The notes under the pieces are model-generated. The model had not been told where the DNA came from, made no database searches, and saw nothing but the letters and a program-made list of their open reading frames with translations. Source: Candidatus Nomurabacteria bacterium CG1_02_43_90 (GTDB lineage: Bacteria > Patescibacteriota > Minisyncoccia > Phycocordibacterales > UBA1550). Taken from it: a DNA stretch of 53,110 nt. The stretch spans positions 1 to 53,110 of the forward strand of contig MNVN01000003.1 in NCBI GenBank assembly GCA_001871765.1, in the 5' to 3' direction. Below are positions 1-6,688 of the stretch, in pieces (position 1 is the stretch's first letter; each line of letters opens with the position of its first letter). The position numbers and the translations under genes were made by a program.

Positions 1-356
1 GGGGGAGGAAGGAGAGGATGACGCCAGGTCAGCATGTCCCTTTGATACCCTGGGCTGCACACTTGATACAATGGTCACTACAACGGGTCGCGACGGGGTA
101 ACCCTGAGCCAATCCTAATAAAGGTGGCCCCAGTTCGGATTGAGGGCTGAAACTCGACCTCATGAAGTTGGAATCGCTAGTAATCGCGGGTCAGCTATAC
201 CGCGGTGAATACGTTCTCAAGTCTTGTACTCACCGCCCGTCACGTCAGGGGAGCCGAGAGTACCCGAAGTCCCACCTTGCGTGGGCCTAAGGTAAGCTTG
301 GTAACAAGGACGAAGTCGTAACAAGGCACGGCTAGCGGAAGCTGGTCGTGAATCAA
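1..356 (+). rRNA. rrs: 16S rRNA, 3'-terminal ~350 nt (partial, runs off the window start)
   Basis: Universal 3'-domain blocks are readable: GAATCGCTAGTAATCG, GGTGAATACGTTC, TTGTACTCACCGCCCGTCAC (221-240) and AAGTCGTAACAAGG (313-326). Helix 45 is CACGGCTAGC-GGAA-GCTGGTCGTG (327-350). The mature 3' end is uncertain because no CCTCC follows directly. Confidence 0.9.
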
Positions 357-589
357 TTCAAAATATAAAGGTATCATGCACCCTCGTGGTTGTGATACTA
401 TGAATTGGTCGGTTTTTTCCGCAAGGAATTAAGATGAAGGTCCTCCCATCTCAAAAAGGGACCCCCTTACTAGAAGGGTTACTAGTACGCAAGCCCTTGC
501 TTAGTTGCCTATTTTTAAAATGGACAGCGAAGCAAGGCCAAGAACGGAACAAAATAAAGAATATTCACTCTCTTGCAGTTCAGTATGGC

Positions 590-743
590 CATGTTTAAAA
601 TATTTCCCTGTCTGCGTTGCAAATTTTCTGCTACGGAGTGCGAGTCGGAATATTTAATGTATCTCGATACACTAAATATTCCGACTCGACTCCTCGCAAC
701 GAAAAATCTGTAACTCGACTAGGGAACCCCTATTTTAAACATG
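590..743. repeat. Long imperfect hairpin / inverted repeat (~154 nt) downstream of the 16S
   Basis: Outer arms CATGTTTAAAATA (590-602) and TATTTTAAACATG (731-743) are perfectly complementary. Inner complementary blocks are TTCCCT/AGGGAA, GCGTTGC/GCAACG and GAGTGCGAGTCGGAATATTTA/TAAATATTCCGACTCGACTC. The apex is GTATC-TC-GATAC. Confidence 0.6.
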
Positions 744-773
744 ACCTAGATTTTACATATAGTAGTTGTTGAG

Positions 774-814
774 AGCACTAAAAAACCGCCCCATAAGGGC
801 GGTTTTTTAGTGCT
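774..814. terminator. Rho-independent terminator-like hairpin, bidirectional
   Basis: AGCACTAAAAAACCGCCC-cataa-GGGCGGTTTTTTAGTGCT. The GC core is flanked by an A-run and a T-run. Confidence 0.6.
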
Positions 815-869
815 TGACTTTTTATACAAAGTATGCTATCATATTAAAAGTCTAATTTAGGAGAGTATC

Positions 870-1094
870 GTGAAAAATAATCTGAGGGTTGTTGCATGTG
901 TTTTTCTTTCAGTGTTTTTCTTTTTCTTGTTTGGCGCCTATCTCGACCGCCCTACCGTTGAGGTGGATGTCGACACGCAACTGTGCGTGAGAGCGTATGG
1001 TCCCCATGGAGAGATCTCTTGTTCTGACGCGTTGCGCGTCGCACACGAGAAGGTATTTGTGGACTCTCGCGCACGTCGCGAGATAAAAAGTTAG
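870..1094 (+). CDS. Hypothetical small protein with an N-terminal hydrophobic segment
   Basis: 74-aa ORF with a GTG start, preceded by AGGAG (859-863) at 6-nt spacing and followed by a terminator hairpin. No recognisable family. Confidence 0.35.
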   Translation: MKNNLRVVACVFLSVFFFFLFGAYLDRPTVEVDVDTQLCVRAYGPHGEISCSDALRVAHEKVFVDSRARREIKS

Positions 1095-1112
1095 TTTTTT
1101 TGGACAAAAAAT

Positions 1113-1140
1113 CAGCCGGTCACTCAATGAGTGCCGGCTG
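1113..1140. terminator. Terminator-like hairpin between convergent ORFs
   Basis: CAGCCGGtCACTCA-a-TGAGTGCCGGCTG, with an A-run before it and TTTATT after it. Confidence 0.6.
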
Positions 1141-1184
1141 TTTATTCTATTATTTTTTTCTGCTTTATTTTCTTCGCCCACGGT

Positions 1185-1775
1185 TCATTCGGAAGTTGAT
1201 GACACGCCGACGATTCTTCGTGCGACGTATCGTTGGAGCTCCATACAAAGGAAGCTCAAGATAAGGGCATAAAAAGCATACCCATATACGCGCGCCTTAC
1301 GGAACGCGTATTTTAGCACTTTGTTTATTTCGCGCTTGATGGCGCGAAGATAAGCTCGTGCTCTTTTCCCCTCGAGTACTCCTTGCGGGTGGTTGTGAGC
1401 CCGCACTACTTTTTTGGTTTTTCCAACATAATGGGAAGAGGGGAATCCCTTCTTATTTTTGACTGGAGGGAGGGGGGCGACAGTCTGCACCGCGCGCTCT
1501 TTTTCGCCGAGAACGTTGTCGCTACTCCCCGAGTCTTCTATTCGACGGAAAGAAGCCATTTGTTTTACCAAGCTTTCATTTGCTAACATTTCCCTCCGTT
1601 CCTTCTTCTTATTACGGATCCTTCTTTGTTTGTTCTGTGCTATCTTTATTCGTTTCTTGTGTGCTTCAGGGGTTCTTTCTCCTGAAACCTCTGCGGACCT
1701 TTTTGGAGAAGTGTCGCCTTCTCGCCTTGTGGTACGTACAAAATGTACCCGCTTTGATACTTTGGATAGGGGCAT
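1185..1775 (-). CDS. Hypothetical highly basic (K/R-rich) protein with a C-terminal hydrophobic helix
   Basis: 196-aa ORF, the longest in this spacer. The translation is lysine/arginine rich. No family recognised. Confidence 0.4.
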   Translation of the reverse strand: MPLSKVSKRVHFVRTTRREGDTSPKRSAEVSGERTPEAHKKRIKIAQNKQRRIRNKKKERREMLANESLVKQMASFRRIEDSGSSDNVLGEKERAVQTVAPLPPVKNKKGFPSSHYVGKTKKVVRAHNHPQGVLEGKRARAYLRAIKREINKVLKYAFRKARVYGYAFYALILSFLCMELQRYVARRIVGVSSTSE

Positions 1776-1950
1776 AATCTCACCTTTTCTTTTATTAAAA
1801 AACTAAAAATCGGGAATTTCCCGAACATCAAAAACTGAAGAAACTATATCACAGTATTCGTATATATGCAAACCGTATTTTACGGGTGAGTATAGGAGGT
1901 GTCTACTTAGGGGCACTCTTGGAATGCACAACTGAATACTTGGCCTGTTA

Positions 1951-1979
1951 TTGCATCTGAGCACTTTTTTTGCTATATT
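1951..1979 (+). promoter_or_regulatory. Sigma70-like promoter for tRNA-Ile
   Basis: TTGCAT (1951-1956), 17-nt spacer ending in TGc, then TATATT (1974-1979). The tRNA starts at 1991. Confidence 0.55.
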
Positions 1980-1990
1980 CTGTAAGTTCT

Positions 1991-2067
1991 GCGCGATTAG
2001 CTCAGGTGGTTAGAGCGCGTCACTGATAATGACGAGGTCCGAGGTTCGAGTCCTCGATCGCGCACCA
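1991..2067 (+). tRNA. tRNA-Ile (anticodon GAU), CCA encoded
   Basis: Manual cloverleaf: acceptor GCGCGAT/ATCGCGC, D arm GCTC..GAGC, anticodon stem CGTCA/TGACG with loop CTGATAA, T arm CGAGG-TTCGAGT-CCTCG, then ACCA. Confidence 0.93.
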
Positions 2068-2094
2068 ATAAGGAACTTAGCGGTTGAGAACCAA

Positions 2095-2133
2095 CTAAGG
2101 AATGGGCGTGCCTTCGGCACGCCCATTCCTTAG
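2095..2133 (+). terminator. Very stable hairpin after tRNA-Ile
   Basis: CTAAGGAATGGGCGTGCC-TTCG-GCACGCCCATTCCTTAG (about 17 bp, UUCG loop) followed by TTTCG. It is preceded by a smaller GGTT-GAGA-AACC hairpin. Confidence 0.6.
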
Positions 2134-2263
2134 TTTCGAAGAAACCTCTAAGTACTATTTTGTGTGTCTCTATTTTACCAAGCTCGCACCTATTTTCAAA
2201 ATCGCTAATGTGCTACGCGCGGAGCGCGTGGTGGCTCTGACCCAAAATCGTACGCTCGTTGCC

Positions 2264-2477
2264 CCGCCGGCCTCCGCTATCGCTCCGGCGGTGACCTCGC
2301 AGAAATTTTCCCTTACAATTTTCCTTTTGCGCGCGCCCCCTGAAAAAAATTAAAAAAAGGAAAGGGAAATTTCTGCTCGGTTCCGCCCTCCAAGTGTTCG
2401 GGCGGTGCGGCGGGACTTCGACGCTCGGACGGCTCGGCATTCCTCCTCCTCCCCCAACCCCCTCCTGCCGAGCCGTC
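2264..2477 (+). other. GC-rich non-coding block with three hairpins whose loops carry CCUCC-type motifs
   Basis: Stems are CCGCCGG/CCGGCGG (2264-2270/2285-2291), CCGCCC/GGGCGG (2383-2388/2400-2405) and GACGGCTCGGCA/TGCCGAGCCGTC (2428-2439/2466-2477). The third loop reads TTCCTCCTCCTCCCCCAACCCCCTCC. Confidence 0.3.
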
Positions 2478-2508
2478 CTCGCTTCAAAACAGGATGGGTG
2501 CAAAAACA

Positions 2509-2538
2509 TTGACAGTTTAGTACTTCTTATGCTATGAT
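2509..2538 (+). promoter_or_regulatory. Sigma70-like promoter
   Basis: TTGACA (2509-2514), 18-nt spacer, TATGAT (2533-2538), upstream of the ORF at 2587. Confidence 0.55.
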
Positions 2539-2586
2539 CTATTTGGATTCCGAAACCTACAGAAACCCTAAATACAGGAGGACGAA

Positions 2587-3198
2587 ATGACATCGATATA
2601 TGATCTAAGTTGGAGCGAGACCTCGTTTCTCGCTAAACTAAAGTTCTTTTGCAAATCACGAAAGCAAGAGAAGGAGAAAATGCAGTCGAACGATCAACAG
2701 GTGCGAGCTGGAGGATACTCCGCACTCTCAAGCACGTATTACAGCATCGTCGGCACTGCATTCACTCAGCTCAAGGCAGCGCTTCGTCCGAAGTTGCTCG
2801 CTCCAGTTAAAGTCGTGGCGTGGTGCCTCACATGGCTTCCGCTTGCCGCGTACTGCTACTGGCGCATGCTTCCGCTCTCAAACCGCATCGTCGATCTCAT
2901 CGGCTACGACGGCATGTCAGCCGACCAGTGCGATGTTCGCCAAAGCATTCTGCGCTGCCAAGTCGAGTACGACGAGGCGAAGAAGTGCCTTCGAGCCGCA
3001 CTCGCCAAGAATCCCAAAAAGGCCCACACGCGAGGTATGCTTCACGTTGGACTTGCCGAGATATACCAGTATGAGGGAAATAGGCAGAGTGCGCGGACTG
3101 AAGTGCATGCGGCACTTACCGAAGCTGCGGAAGCGGAGAAGCAAGACCCGCGGCAAGCGGCGCGTATCTACAAGCACTGCGCCGACTTGTTCGGATAG
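2587..3198 (+). CDS. Hypothetical protein with a hydrophobic segment and a C-terminal TPR-like helical region
   Basis: 203-aa ORF with a strong AGGAGG (2576-2581) 5 nt before the ATG. It sits in a visibly GC-richer segment than its surroundings. Confidence 0.5.
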   Translation: MTSIYDLSWSETSFLAKLKFFCKSRKQEKEKMQSNDQQVRAGGYSALSSTYYSIVGTAFTQLKAALRPKLLAPVKVVAWCLTWLPLAAYCYWRMLPLSNRIVDLIGYDGMSADQCDVRQSILRCQVEYDEAKKCLRAALAKNPKKAHTRGMLHVGLAEIYQYEGNRQSARTEVHAALTEAAEAEKQDPRQAARIYKHCADLFG

Positions 3199-3369
3199 GT
3201 AGGGGAAAACGATCGCTACCCCACCGCTGATCTTCGTCTCAAGGCGCAGGAACTCGCGCAAGCAACAGGCGCACGCGATCAGCTTCTCAAGCTGTGATGA
3301 TGTGGTACATGCGCCACCAACCGCTTCGTGTTCATTCACGGAGCGGTTTCTTTTTGCTAAAATTTACAG

Positions 3370-4054
3370 ATGAAAACATCTCCGCCAATTAAGAAAATCA
3401 AAAAATGGCTCGCCAAAGAAAATCCGCTCAATCTTCTTGAGGATAATTTTTCTATAAGAGGATATTGATCCAAAAGCATGGTCTGGTCTTTTTGATTATT
3501 TACTTGAAACACCGGAGAAAAAATTTATCTTGCGTTTCAAGGGTCCTGAATGGGGCGAGACAAATGGAGTTATTGATGAATACAAAACACTTAAAAAGAT
3601 TGAGTAATATGAAGTCGGACCAAAGGTGTATTATATGACAGAAAATTTTTTTGGCGAGCCAATGATTTTTGAAGAATATTTGGAAGGGAAATTACTAGGA
3701 GATTTTTCATCGGAGGAGCAGAAAAAATATTTTTCCGAAGTCGCCAAATTCATTTACAAAATAAATTCTATTCCATTTCAAAAAGATGAGTTCCCATTTC
3801 AAGAGCCAATAACGAGTTACACCAAAAGTAAGAACGCGTGGAAAACAAGAATAGAATTTATTTTGGACTGTAAGGAAACGAAAACCTGTGGACAAGAATT
3901 GTTGGCGTTTCTTCCGGGCGTTGAATCAATTCTAAATAAATTTGAAGACCGCTTGCAAAGAGTTCTCACACAGGTTGGCAATTCTTTTGTTTTTGAAAGC
4001 GCACATTTAGGCCATTGCTTGAAAACTTCCGCAGGTTTTCGTTTCTTTAATTAG
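3370..4054 (+). pseudogene. Aminoglycoside/choline-kinase-type phosphotransferase (APH fold), disrupted
   Basis: The reading frame shifts near 3460-3468. There is an in-frame TAA at 3605-3607 between ..TLKKIE and YEVGPKVYYM... The catalytic-loop region is degenerate (AHLGHC), and the ORF ends at a TAG where the family normally continues. Confidence 0.6.
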
Positions 4055-4083
4055 GAGCAGTCAATGATTCTGTTTCTCACTTT

Positions 4084-4407
4084 ATGTTATGGCCGTATTT
4101 AGGTGCAGCACTTTTTGGTCTTTTAATTGCATATATTTTTGAAAAAGAAAAATTTGGAAATATAACTCATTTAGGCAAATACTGGAAAGGTTCCGTTCTC
4201 ATAGGTTTATTTTCTGTCGCGGGTGGGTACGCAATTTTCAAAGCACTTTCTTTTGGTCCACTTTCGGGAGTTTATGCAATTCATCCCGCATATACTTTTA
4301 TTGCAGGAATTTTTGGTTTTATTTTCTTCAAAGAAAAATTAACAAAAAAGAAAATCATACTCGCACTTTTAAGTATTGTTGGTATGATACTTTTGAAAAT
4401 AGGATAG
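4084..4407 (+). CDS. EamA/DMT-type membrane protein, single domain (possibly a gene fragment)
   Basis: 107 aa with several hydrophobic helices. This is about half the size of a typical two-EamA-domain transporter. Confidence 0.45.
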   Translation: MLWPYLGAALFGLLIAYIFEKEKFGNITHLGKYWKGSVLIGLFSVAGGYAIFKALSFGPLSGVYAIHPAYTFIAGIFGFIFFKEKLTKKKIILALLSIVGMILLKIG

Positions 4408-4426
4408 AAAATAACTTTGTTATTTT

Positions 4427-4963
4427 CTATATCGTTTCTAGGATTTTAAAAAAAATTTCATCGCCTTTTGTTTTATCAACAAACATTTCAGGATGAAATT
4501 GTAATCCGTAAATAGGTTTGATTTTATGTTTTATCATTTCAACCCCATGATTTGATGTGGCAAGAGCTTCAATTTCATCCGAAACTTTATCAATAACAAA
4601 CCTGTGGGCTTCGTAAATAGGAATTTCTACATTTTCAAATTTTATATTAGAAATTCCTTTCTCCTTGGCTTCCAGCTCCTTTAGAGTGCAGTTAAAAGCT
4701 GTTGCTACTATTTCACAACCCAAGCAAATACCAATAATTTTTTTATCAGTTTCTCTTATGAAATTAATTTCATTTGCATAGTCTTCTTTATGATTTTTAA
4801 CGGGATTAACACCTGAACCTCCTAAAAAAATTATTAGATCAAATGTATTTGCAAAATTAGGAGAAAATTCTTCTTTTTTACAAATTGAAAAATCAAAATT
4901 ACGAAGTAATTTTTTAGTCTCCTCAATGTTTTTCGTGTGATTATCAACAAGAAGAATTTTCAT
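4427..4963 (-). CDS. Class I glutamine amidotransferase-like protein
   Basis: Nucleophile elbow GICLGCE and the C-terminal LQFHPE His-Glu motif, in 178 aa. Confidence 0.75.
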   Translation of the reverse strand: MKILLVDNHTKNIEETKKLLRNFDFSICKKEEFSPNFANTFDLIIFLGGSGVNPVKNHKEDYANEINFIRETDKKIIGICLGCEIVATAFNCTLKELEAKEKGISNIKFENVEIPIYEAHRFVIDKVSDEIEALATSNHGVEMIKHKIKPIYGLQFHPEMFVDKTKGDEIFFKILETI

Positions 4964-5043
4964 ATAAACTAGTCAGAAGATTCTAAATTTTTTTTAAGCG
5001 CCTTTTCTAGCTCTTGAACCAAATTGTCATTTAAGGTGTCTTT

Positions 5044-5094
5044 ACTATACCAAGTTAGAACCTATTTTCAAAATCGGTTCTAACTTGGTATAGT
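5044..5094. repeat. Perfect 19-bp-stem hairpin
   Basis: ACTATACCAAGTTAGAACC (5044-5062), loop TATTTTCAAAATC, GGTTCTAACTTGGTATAGT (5076-5094). Confidence 0.7.
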
Positions 5095-5151
5095 AGACAC
5101 ACACAGAGCGGAATATAAAAGAATTTTTTCATTTCTCCCTCACTTCCATTT

Positions 5152-5264
5152 ATAATGACGAGGTCCGAGGTTCCGAATCAGTAGATTCTAACCTAGCAAG
5201 GTTACATCTTGGATGCAGACGCTTGGCCGAAGACTCTTGGACCCTGTCCTCGATCGTGCACCAA
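5152..5264 (+). repeat. Duplicate of the tRNA-Ile 3' half (att-like direct repeat) interrupted by a 72-nt insert
   Basis: 5152-5173 is identical to tRNA positions 2026-2047. 5246-5264 matches 2050-2068 with one mismatch. Positions 5174-5245 replace 2 nt of the T-loop. No acceptor 5' strand or D arm lies upstream. Confidence 0.7.
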
Positions 5265-5306
5265 AATAGAAAACCGGGCATTATAATGCTCGGTTTTCTA
5301 TTTTGG
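5261..5306 (+). terminator. 20-bp-stem hairpin overlapping the CCA of the tRNA fragment
   Basis: CCAAAATAGAAAACCGGGCA-TTATAA-TGCTCGGTTTTCTATTTTGG. Confidence 0.5.
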
Positions 5307-5332
5307 TGTCGTTTCTGTTATGATAGATTTAT

Positions 5333-6682
5333 ATGGAAACAAACTACAAAACCTTTTTTAAGGGAAAGAAAATTACCATGCTTGGTCTAGGGCTCTTGGG
5401 GCGGGGTGTGAATGTGGCAAAATTCCTTGCGGAGCTTGGGGCAGACCTTACCATTACTGACCTTAAGTCAAAGGATTTACTTGCGCCGTCAGTCAAACAG
5501 CTCTCAAAATTTAAGAATATACAATTTGTCCTCGGGGAACATCGGCTCAAAGATTTTCAGAAATGCGACATGGTTATCAAATCTGCGGGGGTACCACTTG
5601 ATTCACCTTATATTGCAGAAGCAAGGAAAAATGACATTCCCGTCGAAATGGATGCATCGCTCTTTGCAAAATTTACCCCGGCAACGATTGTGGGGGTTAC
5701 GGGTACGCGGGGTAAATCGACGGTGGCGCACCTCATTTACCACATTCTTGAACATGCTTACTCAAAACATGTTTTTCTAGGAGGAAACGTGCGGGGGATG
5801 GCGACACTACCACTTCTCAAGAAAACAAAGATTGGGGATATTATAGTCCTCGAACTCGACTCATGGCAGTTGCAGGGTTTTGGTGACGCAAGGCTCTCTC
5901 CCCATGTTGCCGTCTTCACCAATTTTTATCCTGACCACTTAAACTACTATCAAGGGGATATGAAGAAATATTTTAACGATAAGGCAAATATTTTTAAATA
6001 TCAAAACGAAGGAGAAGTTTCTATTTTTGGCGAACTTGCCGCAAAAGAGATTAAGACCCGTTTTAAGGGTGATACTCAGGGTGATGTTATTGTTGCGCGT
6101 AAGGGTGTTGTCCCTGCCTCATGGAAGCTCAAAATTCCTGGCGAGCACAATCGCGCGAACATTGCGTGTGCGATTGCCGTATGCAAAGAGCTTGATGTTT
6201 CTGACAAAATTATCAAAGCTGGCGTCGAGAGTTTTGTGGGAGTACCGGGGAGACTTGAGTTTTTGCGTGAAGTACAGGGGGTAAGATATTATAACGATAC
6301 TACTGCTACCACTCCCGACGGAAACCGCGTGGCTCTTGAAGCCCTCGAAAACAAGAAGAAAAATAGCATTGTGTTAATCGCGGGCGGAGCGGATAAAAAT
6401 CTTGACTATACGAGCATGGCGCGGTTGTTGCATAAGACAGTGAAAGGCCTCGTGCTTATTGAAGGAGCGGCAACAGAAAAACTTCTTGCGCTTATCCCAA
6501 AGAAAACTTCATACCCCGTGTATATAGTATCTAGCATGAAAGATGCAGTGGAAGCGGCACGGGATTTTGCACAAAAAGGCGATACGATACTCCTTTCTCC
6601 AGGGGCTGCAAGTTTTGGGGTGTTCAAAAATGAATTTGATAGGGGTGATCAGTTTGTGAAGTTGGTGGAAAAGATAAAGTAA
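5333..6682 (+). CDS. murD: UDP-N-acetylmuramoyl-L-alanine--D-glutamate ligase
   Basis: 449 aa with an N-terminal Rossmann motif GLGLLGRG and the Mur ligase P-loop GVTGTRGKST. It lies adjacent to murC. Confidence 0.9.
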   Translation: METNYKTFFKGKKITMLGLGLLGRGVNVAKFLAELGADLTITDLKSKDLLAPSVKQLSKFKNIQFVLGEHRLKDFQKCDMVIKSAGVPLDSPYIAEARKNDIPVEMDASLFAKFTPATIVGVTGTRGKSTVAHLIYHILEHAYSKHVFLGGNVRGMATLPLLKKTKIGDIIVLELDSWQLQGFGDARLSPHVAVFTNFYPDHLNYYQGDMKKYFNDKANIFKYQNEGEVSIFGELAAKEIKTRFKGDTQGDVIVARKGVVPASWKLKIPGEHNRANIACAIAVCKELDVSDKIIKAGVESFVGVPGRLEFLREVQGVRYYNDTTATTPDGNRVALEALENKKKNSIVLIAGGADKNLDYTSMARLLHKTVKGLVLIEGAATEKLLALIPKKTSYPVYIVSSMKDAVEAARDFAQKGDTILLSPGAASFGVFKNEFDRGDQFVKLVEKIK

Positions 6683-6688
6683 TGAACA

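Noticed and set aside
351-441. Group I/II intron or homing-endonuclease insertion at the 16S 3' end
   Set aside because: The segment between the AUCA of the 16S tail and the next CCTCC is only ~86 nt and holds two small hairpins. That is far too short for a self-splicing intron, and it encodes no endonuclease. It is kept as an unexplained tail or insertion in the findings instead.
2068-5306. Intact integrative element or prophage at tRNA-Ile
   Set aside because: No integrase, recombinase, excisionase, replication or phage structural gene is recognisable in any frame. Only repeats and decayed cargo remain, so I call it a remnant island rather than an active mobile element.
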